Positions 1 to 13,949 of a stretch of DNA of 64,000 nucleotides are shown in pieces (within the stretch, counting starts at the first letter, position 1; every line of letters starts with the position of its first letter). The notes below the pieces were generated by a model. The model did no database searches. It saw only the letters and a program-made list of their open reading frames with translations, and was not told the origin of the DNA. This DNA comes from Octopus sinensis. Lineage: Eukaryota. The stretch lies in the NCBI RefSeq assembly GCF_006345805.1, contig NC_043011.1, positions 19,418,464 to 19,482,463 on the forward strand, written 5' to 3'. The position numbers and the translations under genes are program-made.

Positions 1-2030
1 TCACCAGCTTCTACATCAAGGGTAGACAGGAAATTGACTTTTTTTTTGTTCGTTCCTTCTCGATCCAATTCCTGGCTCATAAGGGCCAGTTTTCCGGTTT
101 CCTCGGCGTATAGGTTCCCCACCTGGACGGGACGCTGGTCCGTTGCAGTGAGCTGCAAGATGCAGGAGGAAAGAGTGAGAGAAAGTTGTAGCGAAGGATT
201 CAGCAGAAGTTCGTCATTACCTTCTGCCGGAGCCGAGTGGAGCTTAGGTGTTTCACTCATAAACACACACATCGCCCGGTCTGGGATTCGAACCCGCGAA
301 CCCTCGATCGGAAGTCCGCTGCTCTAACCACCAGGCCATGTGCCTCCACCAGGAGATTGACTGGTGAATATCCACTGCATTACCTTAATCGAGTTCCTTT
401 TGGCAAAGGACCATTTTCCCAATGGTCACCTACTTTGTGATTTCCACTCTGTTGTTAATTATTTCAAACGTTTGTGCAATTATTCTTTCGGGTTATGATG
501 GAAAACGTTTCAGCCACAACCCTGGCTCGCCGTCGGACCTTGCCATTTCCAGTTTGGTACCTTTGTTGCTAGCTCGGTCAGTAATTAAATTGATATCCTT
601 TTTATTGTTCGGTTTCATTTCAATTATCGCCAATGTGAATTCCTTCAACCATTCATCTTATTTCTTATGCTTCCTTTCGTTATCCCAAATTTTACTCCAA
701 AACCTCTTACTTCCTTCGGTGGGGTTTCTGAATGCTGTTAAATTTTTCTGTTCAGATGCCGATAAACGCTTTTCTGATCCTTTGGAACAATTTATTGATC
801 TTATATTGTTCAATTTTACGATCATATCTCTTCATCTTAGCCGACAGCTTTATATTTAACTCCATTTCCTTTATCCTATATCTATGTTTTAGTTGCTGAT
901 AGCTCTCCTTCTTCCTGATTTCACCTTGTTTCTTTGTTTCCAGGATGTCGATATGTTTTTATATTTCGTTCATTGATTGCTTTATCCTTCTTTTCAACAA
1001 AAATTATTTTGCTACATTTACTCTGTTAAGATTTGGTTGAAGGCCTACTTTCTTTCCTATGTAAATCATACAAGATTTAATCAAGCTAACCATTCCAGTG
1101 ATATTATCCGTCTTAATGTCCTCAGTATTTTATTCACTTTGCGAGTCCATCCCCTGTGCAAAATTCTATCTACGTTCTTGAATTTATTTACTTCCATATC
1201 TAGACTTTTCTCAATGTTACCAGTGATCTCTTCGATCATTCCTCTATGGTCATTACTCAGGCATTTTACATTCTCAACACTAAAACCAAATTCATTCTCC
1301 TGGATAGCTTCATTCAAAATAATCTCCTCAGCATTCTCCCCATCCACTTTATCTTCAATCACTGTGTTTTAATTCGTAACCTATTCTTCAAGTTCTAACA
1401 ATATTATCGTTGCCTGGTCACACAGTCTCTGTTCCACCTAAGCCCTGAGTCTCTATCTCGATGCCCCGCAGTCTCTTTCTATACACTCTTATGGACTCCC
1501 TGTCATCATCAACGGTTCTGCCCAAAAGATAGCATTCCACGACATCTATATTCCTTGCCATATTTTTTTGGCAGTCGCATAATGACGACTAGACATGTGC
1601 TGCTCACCCACATGACACGGCCTCTCCTTCGACAGTGCTTCAGTAAAGATGCAGAATGACCTCAGCTGTAATTCCAATACAGAATCAGCAAATAATAGAG
1701 TAAGGAGCAGGGAGTGGACCAGCGAAAAAAACCGGATGGTGACGCAGTGCTAATTAGAAAGTGAACCGAAAAGAAGGGACTATAGAAAACGATTGTTCAT
1801 ACATTGGTTAGAGAAGGGTGTGTTAAAAGTGACTGAGCAGAGATTAATAAATTAAGGTAATGCTATTAGGAGGAGTAAGTGGATGATTGATTTGGAGCAG
1901 ATCAGAAGAGAACTAGTAACGAAAGACCAAGCAGTAAGACATAGAAACAACAACAAGAATTACAGCTCAACCAAAGGACCTAAAAAAATAATAATAATAG
2001 CGCTAGCAATAAGGAAGTGACACCTAGCAG
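1..2030 (-). mobile_element. Degenerate R4/Dong-like non-LTR retrotransposon: 5' region, N-terminal ORF and start of RT, interrupted by a SINE at 41-349
   Basis: Minus-strand pieces translate to VECYLL..RVYRKR, RFWSKIWDNE, DGEPGLWLKRF, TIGKMVLCQKE and GNAV..QSISCLPLM, matching the pre-RT and RT0-2 region of RLE-type R4/Dong elements. Many stops and frameshifts. The 5' boundary is approximate. Confidence 0.75.
41..349 (-). mobile_element. Full-length tRNA-derived SINE with 13-bp target-site duplication
   Basis: Head GTGGAGGCACATGGCCTGGTGGTTAGAGC..GGTTCGAATCCC contains Pol III A and B boxes; A-rich tail. TSD is CAGGAAATTGACT (27-39) / CAGGAGATTGACT (350-362). Confidence 0.9.
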
Positions 2031-2253
2031 CAGCGATTATATTTATATATGCATATAAATATATACATATATATTATTTATTTTATTATTTGAGTGAACG
2101 CCACGCTTCCTTTCCCAATAAGTTTATCTTAATATTTTGACGCGCCTCTACTCTATACTGTTTTCTTCCCCATCGTTTTTTCTCTCATTCATTTTCATAT
2201 ATATATATATATATATACAAAATTCATTCATTTTCATATATATATATATATAT

Positions 2254-3855
2254 ACAATTGCAGCGTGGAAGGTGTTTATAACCCATTTAAGAAACACACA
2301 AATGCCGTTCGATTCACTTCAACATTTAAGGTTAATTTGTGAAAATATTTTCGTCGCTAAAATCCGCGACCTGTTCACTGACAAAAATCCGTGCTGCATC
2401 TGAGAAAGTAACAGTTAGTTCGTCATATATATGTACGTATGTATGTGTGTATGTATGGATACATGTGTGTATGTATGTACGTATACATGTACGTACATAC
2501 GCCTGTGTATGCATGTATGTATGTATGTATGTATATATGTATGTGTGTGTATATGCACGCACATACACTCTATAAACATAAAGCTATAAACCTGTAGCGA
2601 TGGATAGATGTAGAGTGACCACTCATCACAATACTATCAAATTTCAACTTCCTCCGGCCGAAGCTTTGAACCTATCATTGATGCTTCTAGAAGTCTCACC
2701 TATGTATGACTCTAAGTTAGTCGCGCAAGCTCCCTCCTGGCACTTAATCTGGAATACAGTGCCCTTGGTTTTACAATTTACATGTGGATTTGTCGAACAT
2801 ACTGCACTATTACTTTGACAAATGGATATGATCTGCATAAAGCCGATTTGATTGTCCTACCTGTCTTTTCTACAACTTTAATTTTTAGGCCCGTAGTGCG
2901 CAGGATTTTCTTGAATGCCTTACTTAGCTCGTTCTTAGGTGTGGCGTCAACGAACATTACTCCGTGAAATCTCCTGTTATCGTTACATGCCAGTACACGG
3001 ACATACGTTTACATACACATACACATGTACACACTCTCGCAGACACGTCTGCCCATTCTCCTAGACACTCACATACATACGTAGCACATGAGTACAAACA
3101 TACATACATACCTACGTATGGGCATACACAGGTACATACGCACGTACATGTACGCACACACATACATGGGCACATGCATACGTGCGCGTATACATGCATA
3201 CGCGCATGCGCACGTATGTACATACACACCTACATACACGCATACATACATACATACATACGCACATACATACATACATACGCACAATAGTAAAACAAAA
3301 GTTCTGTGATATAGAGATAAAGATCTGATAATAGGTTTTAGGGTATAGTTTTGGGAGTAAGGGTCGTAAATCACTTCCAAGCTTCGGCCGGAGGAAATTG
3401 AAATTTGATAGTATTGTGATGAGTGGTCACTCTACATCTATCCATCGCTACAGGTTTATAGCTTTATGTTTATAGAGTGTATGTGCGTGCATATACACAC
3501 ACATACATATATACATACATACATACATACATACATACATGCATATACAGGCGTATGTACGTACATGCATACGTACATACATACACACATGTATCCATAC
3601 ATACACACATACATACGTACATATATATGACGAACTAACTGTTACTTTCTCAGATGCAGCACGGATTTTTGTCAGTGAACAGGTCGCGGATTTTAGCGAC
3701 GAAAATATTTTGACAAATTAAACTTAAATGTTGAAGTGAATCGAACGGCTTTTGTGTGTTTCTTAAATGGCTTATAAACACCTTCCACGCTGCAATTGTT
3801 TTCGTTTCAGCACACGATCTCAGATCAAATTACTTGCTATGCGAGTACATCTCAC
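2254..3855 (-). mobile_element. Penelope-like element remnant: GIY-YIG fragment between ~415-bp inverted repeats
   Basis: 2667-2965 minus reads GVMFVDATP..KIKVVEKTGRTIKS..C..C..TVFQIKC..YIGETSRSINDRF, a PLE linker plus GIY-YIG. Arms 2254-2666 and 3379-3799 are near-identical reverse complements. The right arm has an extra 56 nt (3800-3855). Confidence 0.8.
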
Positions 3856-3887
<32 letters not shown>

Positions 3888-3888
3888 A

Positions 3889-4233
3889 AAAGGGGTAAAG
3901 ACACCCTTCGGTCATGAATGACCATGGGATTGCACCTAGAAAGTTACCCTCCTAGACACAAGTCCGGGCAAGGTTGTTTATGGAAGACCAGCAGTCGCCC
4001 ATGCATACCAGCCTCCCCTCTCCACGCCACCAGTGTTATTCAAGGGAAAGACGAAGGTCGATACAGCTTGGCACCAGTGACGTCGCAACTCATTTCTACA
4101 GCTGAGTGAACTGGAGCAACGTGAAATAAAGTGCTTTGCTCAAGAACACAACACGCAGCCCGGTCCGGGATTCGAGCTCACAACCTCACGATCGTAAGCT
4201 CGACGCTCTAACCACTGAGCCATGCGCCTTCAC
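3889..4233 (-). mobile_element. Full-length tRNA-derived SINE flanked by (TA)n
   Basis: Head GTGAAGGCGCATGGCTCAGTGGTTAGAGC..CTCGAATCCC. Central segment CTTGAGCAAAGCACTTTATTTCACGTTGCTCCAG is shared with the SINEs at 8353 and 38359. Confidence 0.85.
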
Positions 4234-4975
<742 letters not shown>

Positions 4976-4979
4976 CTCT

Positions 4980-5575
4980 AAAGACCGATCCCCAAAACCA
5001 CTGAATCTTGAAAAAAGAAAAACTTCAGTTCAATTCCACATTGCTCTTCTTTTCCCCCACCCAAACACACCTCCTAAACTGTCCCTTGAAATAGAAAATA
5101 GTCTTTTACTATAAAATGGTGAAACAGGTCAGTTCATCCCAAATTCTTTGTAAACTAAATATATCTCCTTCTGTGTATATATATACTACCAAAATATGAC
5201 CTTTCGAACTTATATTTTCTGTATATATATACAGATCCTTCCAAACAAACCTGACTTCTAATAAAATCCTTATATCTCTCAAGATTTTTTTCTGTAAACC
5301 GTTTTTTAACTTTTCTTATTATTATCAAAGCATGTTTATATGTATTTTAATTTTGTGTGCACAATATTTTAATGAACTTTTTAATAAGTTCTCAAGATTT
5401 TTTCCTTCTAAACTGTCTGTAACCTTTTTTGGTTATTATCAAAGAATGTTTATATGTATTGTAATATTTTGTGACAACCAGTACCTAACACAATAAAGCT
5501 TATACATGTTACGCTTGACAATCTTTTTCTAAAAAGTGAAACCGGTCAAGTGAATAAACATATTTTGAAATTGCA
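4980..5575 (+). mobile_element. Probable PLE 3' end with an internal ~112-bp tandem duplication and a degenerate hammerhead-like motif
   Basis: TCTCAAGATTTTT..TTATTATCAAAG.ATGTTTATATGTATT occurs twice (~5277 and ~5390). CGCTT..GAAACCGGTC-AAGTG lies at 5512-5552, followed by (TA)n. Confidence 0.45.
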
Positions 5576-5999
5576 TTTTCAAACCTTCTTTCATATATAT
5601 ATATATATATAAAGCCTATAAGTATCATAGATGCCATGGTATTAATGAATTACGGATGTTTCAGGCGATTCCATATAATCGAACAACTCGAGCATTAGAT
5701 CAATTTGAAATTCACCACCTTTCTCATATTTATAAGACCATATATGTTTTCATGATAGGGAATACTCCGATATAAAATTTTAAGAAAATTTCTCATCAGA
5801 ACTGGAGAAGAAACGAATTACATGTTTATTGCTATTATAGTAGCAGGATGAACTTAGGGAGAAATGCACTACCCTTGAAATCCTTGTTACTTGTTTGCAT
5901 TTTATTCAACTCAATGGCCAACTGTTTGGATAATACCGGAAAAACATGGAACCTCAGATTTAATACCTAATTCAACTGAGCCTTAATTATTTCTTCGTG

Positions 6000-6031
<32 letters not shown>

Positions 6032-6076
6032 GACACACACAGAGGCGCACACGCACATGCATATATATATATATAC

Positions 6077-6480
6077 ACTTTACTCTTTTACTCTTTTACT
6101 TGTTTCAGTCATTTGACTGCGGCAATGCTGGAGCACCACCTTTAGTCGAACAACTCGACCCAGGGACTTATTCTTCTGTAAGCCCAGTACTTATTCTATC
6201 GGTTTCTTTTGCCGAACCGCTAAGTGACGGGGACGTAAACACACCAACATCGGTTGTCAAGCAATGGTAGGGGGACAAACACAGACACACAAACACACAC
6301 ATACATATATATACACATATATACGACAGGCTTCTTTCAGTTTCCGTCTACCAAATCCACTCACAAAGCATTGGTCGGCCCGTGGCTATAGTAGAAGACA
6401 CTTGCCCAAGATGCCACGCAGTGAGACTGAACCCGGAACCATGTGGTTGGTTAGCAAGCTACTTACCACACAGCCACTCC
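6077..6480 (-). mobile_element. tRNA-derived SINE with internal (TG)n and a (TAAAAGAG)n tail
   Basis: Head GTGGCTGTGTGGTAAG..GGTTCAGTCTC, then TGGGCAAGTGTCTTCTACTATAGCC. Homologous to copies at 22678, 35572, 59765 and 60785. Confidence 0.85.
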
Positions 6481-8352
6481 ATATATATAGGATATGCATT
6501 GTAAACTCCACTCATTACGACAGATTGTACATATCGTTGTTGTTTTTATTTTTTGATATAGGACTACCTCTATTAACACCCCAATATATATATATAATCA
6601 TACATCTATTGATATGCAAAAATACACAAAGACTAACAGCCCATTTCATATATACAGTTGATAAATGGTATTTTTAAGAATTGTTAAATTACTTGGCTTT
6701 TTTCTCGGGTAATTCGATTTCAGTAGTTCAACCACTTGTTTATACACACTAATATTATCTGCGTTACATCTTTACGATAAATCTATAATCCTAAAATAAA
6801 TTTTAAATGATTTATTAATGAATATATATTTTTAGCATCAAGGAACACATTTAATCTTTGGTTTTTGAATTTCTATTTTTTCATCGTTTCGTAATTTGGT
6901 AATAAATAATTTTGATTGCTCGATCTATTTCTCTACATTTCAACAATATCACTGTAAATTTTAAAAGAAATTATATGTCGGTTGCTGACATTTAAAAATG
7001 TATTTGTACATAAATATGAGTGTATGTGTGTGCTAATGTGGTTTTGTATGTATGCGAGCGTTTAGTACTTTATGTATATTTGGTTGGATGCATGTTTATG
7101 TCAGTACGAAAGAAATATGTATATTTATAAAGCAGAGAAAGATGGGATACACAGTTTGTATCAGATTAGCACCAACGTTGATGTTAGTAAATATCTATCG
7201 AGAAAAGTATTACCATGGGTCATCGGAAAGGGGTGCCAAACGATGTTTAAAACGGATATACTTCCATTTTCTGCTCTATAAGTTATATATAAAGCTCATA
7301 TATATACTTGCATCCATGTACACACATACACACACACACTTTCTTTAGATCAGAAATGAATATAAGCCTACTAAGTTTTCTATCCTTTTCCCTTTTAGAT
7401 CAATGCCGAATTATTCATCGAAATGTATTATAACTAGCCGCTCTCAATGCACAATGGAACTTGAAATTTCGATTCTATGCTGTTTCCTAATAGCTTTGAT
7501 GTATGTAAAATTATCACAAACATGATTGGTAACTACTAATCCTAAGGAACCTGCGCCGGCCATAACACTATTTTTAAAAATGTTAATGACTTCTAGTTAC
7601 CCCGTATTTCGTTATGCTTCTAGTCACCCCGTATTTCGGAGTGAGTTAATCTCTGGTAGTTTTGTTCGCCTCTTGTCAAAGTATATTAAACGTTTTTTGT
7701 TTTGTTTTGTTTTTTTCTTATTAGTCAATACTGTATTCTACTGTTGTAGCAGTGCTGTTACATCACTTCTTAAATATATCTCTACAGATTTTATGTGGGA
7801 TTTATAGCACCACTGATTTTGTTGCGAAACGCCGTAACAAAAATTTGAATAGATAACCTTCACAAATCACTATTAAATTAATCTCGTTACCACAATAAAC
7901 AAAAAGAAAAACAGATAGTCATACTTAACTAACAGTGAAATAAATCCTGTCACAACTACTATCGAAAGGAATAAAGTAATGTTAATATAAAGCATTTTGG
8001 GATTTCTTGTTCTTGTTTAACTTTTAAATTTCCAATATACCAGTCAGTATTATAGATGCAATGTATTACAGCTGGTAGTAAAAGGTACCTGTTTATACAG
8101 AACAGCTATTGCTAAATAACAGTTTATTGGTGATCGGTGAAAGCAAAGCATTTCATTTATGACTATCGAATCGTTGACATGTGACTATTGATGCGCTTAG
8201 ATGCGAAAGAGATTTAGGTATTATGTATGGACATTAATTTGGTTTCTGGTTTTGTAACTACTATATGATATAATGACTAGTTATTTACGTAACTAAATCA
8301 TATGTAAAGGAAACCAAAATTACTCCTGGTTTAATTCAACTTCAAAAAAACA

Positions 8353-8679
8353 TAGGAGCAGTCCGTCGGTTGCGACGACGAGGGACCCAGCTGATACGAT
8401 CAACAGAACAGCTTGCTCGTGAAATTACGTGCAAGTGGCAGAGCACGCCACGAACACATGTACCCTTAACGTAGTTCTCGGGGAGATTCAGCGTGACACA
8501 GTGTGTGACAAGGCTGGCCGTTTGAAATACAGGTACTACTCGTTTTTGACAGCTGAGTGGACTGTAGCAACGTGACATAAATTGTCATGCTCGAGGACAC
8601 AACGCGCCGCCGGTAATTGAATTCACGAGCTTACGATCATGAGCGGAATGCCCCTATCCACCAAGCCACACCCCTTCAC
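8353..8679 (-). mobile_element. tRNA-derived SINE, same family as 38359-38679 and 20387-20531
   Basis: Colinear with 38359-38679 over the whole length; tRNA-like head and T-rich end on the sense strand. Confidence 0.85.
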
Positions 8680-11600
8680 CAAAAACAAAAACATACAGCA
8701 TGATAAAATAGCTGAAATCTGACATTCTACCATGTCTTACAATACAAGGTCGTAAACAGAGTCAATGAATGCGATTTCGCAAAGAGAATCTCATAAATTA
8801 TATACCGCTGTTACTACAGTTTTGGAAGGAGACTAATGCAAGGGATGCATATTGAGTACATATTATACAGAAAACTGTACTGTTCACCATTCTACGTTGA
8901 ACACTAATATTAATATAATGTACTTTAATATAGAAGATTTTACTTTACGCATTTACTGTTACGTTGCACATAGTAATAACATAGTTAAACGCTATAAAAA
9001 CAAGTGTAGACTAGTCCTTTTAAATATTATAATATTACGGTATGATTTGCGTAAATGTGTAATGAGGAGCTTTGAAATCTGGTAACATAAAAGGGTAAGA
9101 TATAATGGTCAAAATGTATATAGTAAGAAGGAAAGGTAAACTAAATCTTATGTCGGAATCTTTCATTGTAGGGTGAGAGAAAGAGAAAGAAAGAGAGAGA
9201 GAGAGAGAGAGAAAGAGAAAGAGAGAGAGAGAGAGAGAGAGAACTAAAATAAATACTACTGGTGTTGAAGGATATATAATTTTCAGAGTGAATTAATCTC
9301 TGGTAGTTTTTGTTCGCCTCTTATCAAATATTGTTTTGCAAGGGAAGGAGATAAAATTATATATAATCAAATTCTATACTCCCTGACGAAAAGAAAGAAA
9401 TTCGGAGTGTCCACTATCATTGCTATTTAGAATGGAATGTGAACGACAATTATGAAATGGAGCTCAATGTGATTCCCACCAAGATGAGAGCGATTTATTT
9501 GAATGCGTTTCAGTGAAACATAGTTTCTGCATTTACCTCGTCACATTAATAAATACTATGCAATAACTCAAAGTAATTCACCTCTAGGTGAATATCAGTT
9601 AGTTTGGTGCACTTGTAGGAGATCATAATCTATAGGCAGTTATAAAACTTCCATATCGTTGACCAGGCTGGAGACAGATGTTTTCTAAACAAATTATTGT
9701 TGGCTTTGCCTCAGGATCCTCTGCAAATAGAAGCCAAACATCAGTCAAACCATAACTTATTGTGCGAAGATTTGAAATTACGTTTTAAAACTTCGTCATA
9801 GATATACTATTATACTATGTCAGACAAGATACAATGACACTGACTAATTATAGTTTGGAGAGTTTGGATTTAACCTAGAACGATACAAAATCTATGTTTG
9901 TATATTTCTCAAAACGATCTGATTATTATGTAAAGTTAACTGCATGGTTGTAATATGATATATGTTAAATCTACTTTTCAGATATCTAAATATCGTCAAG
10001 ACAAAAAGAAAACAAGATGTCTGCGTTGTCAGACGACTTGTTAGAAATAGCAGTGAAATCGATCAGATTATATTCTCTTTAAAGGTGGAGGGAGGTGTAT
10101 TGTGTACAGTTTCAGAAGGAAATTATGTATGAAAGCAATACAAAATCGTTAGTACAACACTTTTAGCCATTATATTGTTGAAACTAGGAATAACGAAATG
10201 GGATGCTGGATTTGAATCTTACATGATATGAGTTGTTATATTAGTCGTGGACACCTTCGCAAACATAAGAAATGTGCAAGTCTCTTAAGTGCTAATATTG
10301 GATTGATAAAATATTCGAGCTACATAAACAACGTAGACCGAAAATCATATAGATAAGAGAAATATGCATCAGGATGCCTTGTAAAGAGGCACCGTAACGC
10401 TTCAGCTTGTTATAACTTCTCAAGGATAGCGGTGATTATTTACCCTATTATCAAGTAGTTTGTAACTATATTGATATTATCGAAAAGAATATGGTTCATA
10501 ATTTAAATAAGAAAATGTGTGGACTTTGAATATATTGAGAGTATAGACAAGCGTAAAATAGTGTATACAACTAAAATAAAAGTGTATCTAAAAATATTTT
10601 TTCTTAATACTTTTTATGTAGGGGTCGAAGGAAGCTCTGGCTATCGTTAGGAGTGATCCACATAACCATTCATGATACAGGAGCTGGGATCCTATTTCAG
10701 TTCGGGAGTGAATCGTCATCACGTCACTTACTCGCAAACATGTCATATAGCTGTAATAGACCACTGTATCACCAAAAACAATGTGATTTCTCTAAGACAT
10801 CCACATTAATCTACCAAGTCCATTTACACATTTCTCAATACATACTGTTATTATGCCTCCATCGTAGATGGGTAGATTTGGTAGTTAGTTGAATATTTGG
10901 GTCGTCATATCTAAGACATATAGTGTATCACTACATTACAGGTAACACGAATACTTTCACTATGTAAAGTCAATTGAGGATGAAAGCTAAATATCCAAAC
11001 GTTTATTATTGAGGAGAATTTATTATGCAATATTCTTAAGTAAAAATTGACCCCTGAAAATTTGTCAAGATATGTGAAAACTGAATGCAATTTGCAAATT
11101 CCGTTGAATTGAGTGTCGTGTGTTATGAAGAAACGTAAAGTTAATAAATGAATAACTTGAACTGGCTGCGTAACTTGAAATAGAAAGATGTCTTAAAAGT
11201 AATTAAATTAGCATAATAACTGAAGCATTAATTAACGATGTTGCAGTATGCAAAGATTGGATATTATTTCCGTCTTGGAGAAATGGAAACATTTGAGCAA
11301 ATTAACCTGAAGGAATACTTAAATATATAACAGCACTAATGAAATATCGGAATAAGTGAAATAATTGGGAATGATTTAATTTCAAATATATATCCTCAAG
11401 TAAAGGAGATTTGATAATAACGATGTAAATTTTCCATGTATATTAAAAGAAAGAAAAGCTAGTACCATGTTGGTTGACGTTGATAAAAGAATAAATATTC
11501 TGTTAGTGCCGCAAGACATTGCAGGTAATGGAGGTCGATAAGAATTTCAGTTGCTGTTATACCAATTATTTCCAATATTAACTATACATTGCTAATCATG

Positions 11601-12105
11601 CATCCGTTTCACATTGATTATGTTTTTGGAAGTTTACGATTCAAGTTGCTCGGTGAGGTATCATATTATTACCATCGTATACATATCAGGAGCTCGCATT
11701 ACTGCAGGGAATTACTTCATAATTCAGACAGGCAAAGTTAACCAGACGATGAGGGTAATCTTCATAGAGAATTATTTCGAAAGAGAGAACCGATAATGAT
11801 AGGGATATGAGAATATTCGTGAAAAGTGCATACTGCACAGTAATACACGTAGGAGACAACAACAAATAGTGAATCTAATATCAATTCATTTAAATTTGCA
11901 CAGGGCAAATACTCTCCGGAGAGGTTTTAAGATTTAGAAATAAAATGAATCGGAGTAAATCACTTAGAGGAAACATGAGGATATAACTTTGTTCAACCAA
12001 ATGGTGAATGAAATATACATACGTGGTCTGATTATTTCCGATGTTTGTGGATAGATTTAGGAGCACTGTTTTATCCCTCTCACATGTTAAACGTCCCCCG
12101 GTGTT

Positions 12106-12154
<49 letters not shown>

Positions 12155-12975
12155 TTTTTGGATTTAGTTTGCAAGATTCTTTACGTGAGTTCGTGTGTTG
12201 AAGTACATACTGTTGTATCTGGCGAGAGTCATTCGCTTTTAGAGCCTTATAATTTAACACTCACCGGTAAAATTTCCACTTATTTCCTTCTTATTTTCGT
12301 AAAAATTTCTGTTGCGTCTTGAAAATTTTTCAATAGTTTTGTCCGTTATTGACACTCCATTCTATTTTGTTAGTTTGTGCGCATATGCGTGGGTAAGTGT
12401 GTGTGTGTGTATGTACAAATACATGCATGTATGTATGAATGCATGCATGTGCTGTGTATGCATGTATTTATGTATGTATGTGAGTACATTTGTGTGTATG
12501 TATTCTGCATATTCATGTATTTGCGTGTGTTTTTATGTATGTGTGTGTTTCTATATGTGTGTGTATACCACAGACACCTTGTGTGCATTTTTGAGTGTGT
12601 ATGTATATGTGGGTGTGTGTTTGCGCGTGTCTTTTAACTATGTAGTGCGTTTGTATGTATGGATGTGTATCTCCATATGTGTGGACGTGTGTCTCCGTAT
12701 GTGGCTTTGTGTGAAATAAAGTGTGTGTGTATATACATGGTCAGGTGTTTCAGTCTTCATTTGTGTATAAGTTCAGTATATGTGCTTATCTGTTCCTAAA
12801 ACCTATGTATTTATCCGTCTGTATGTTGATCTGTGTACTTTCATATCTATATACTTACATACATGTGCATATACGGATATATACATACAGTCACGCGCGC
12901 ACACACACATAGATCTATGTACATAACAGCCCGCTAACTATTCTACTCTACTGGGTATGGGGTTATGATATCTAC

Positions 12976-13206
<231 letters not shown>

Positions 13207-13949
13207 TGTATAAAACTAAGTTTGGGGATTACCGCATGATGGAAATATCAGGAAAAGAATCTGAAAATGCAGGAGTCTTAAAAAGTATTAACTTAACTGG
13301 TTTCACTTATTTAAGACTAAAGTGTGAGGATTTTGTATCTGTGGTGTCAGAAATTAGTTTACATATATGTAAATCAAATCCGATTCTTTCGCCCGAAAAA
13401 ATGTGAATCTTTGCGTATCTTCTGTATTGGGTCAAAAAATAGTTTACCTAAAAACCTTTAGATCACATAATACAATGATAGATGATGACCATTAATTTAA
13501 TTAAATATATCTAAATCAAATAATAGAGTTCTTGACAGGATAAAACGTGTCTGGTTTGTGAATCAGTGGGCACTACAGTTTTTGTCTCGCTGTTTTCAGA
13601 AACCATAATTGATTGCAGCATCTTGAATTTAAAAAAAAAAATGAGTAGAGAAATAAAGGACCATTTATAGTTCTCGGAACCAGTTGTAGGGTCTCGCATC
13701 TGGATGTACTTTAACAGTTACCACTAATTTATACAGAGATGGTAGCTAAAAATTGCATTCTTTTTTTTAAAAAATAGTGTTGTCGGTTGATGACAGTCAC
13801 GTGATCAAAAGATGGTTCTGTTTTTGAAATATGATGGCTTAAAATTGCTTTCTGGCTAAAAGCAGTGTGAGTGGTTGACGGTAGTCACATGATCAAAATG
13901 TTGTAATAATGTTGTGGAGCCAAGAAAATCTTGTTTGGTGAGCTGGTTC

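Noticed and set aside
272-349. tRNA genes at SINE heads (also ~4160-4233, 27347-27420, 38605-38679, 39920-39994)
   Set aside because: No acceptor-stem closure; each continues into a repeated SINE body.
422-1372. Plus-strand 145-aa and 131-aa hydrophobic ORFs as membrane proteins
   Set aside because: Antisense shadows of the Dong-like LINE.
10650-10900. Very old mariner-like fragment on the minus strand
   Set aside because: Only faint resemblance (HCFW.YSG, LLYH); not enough to call.
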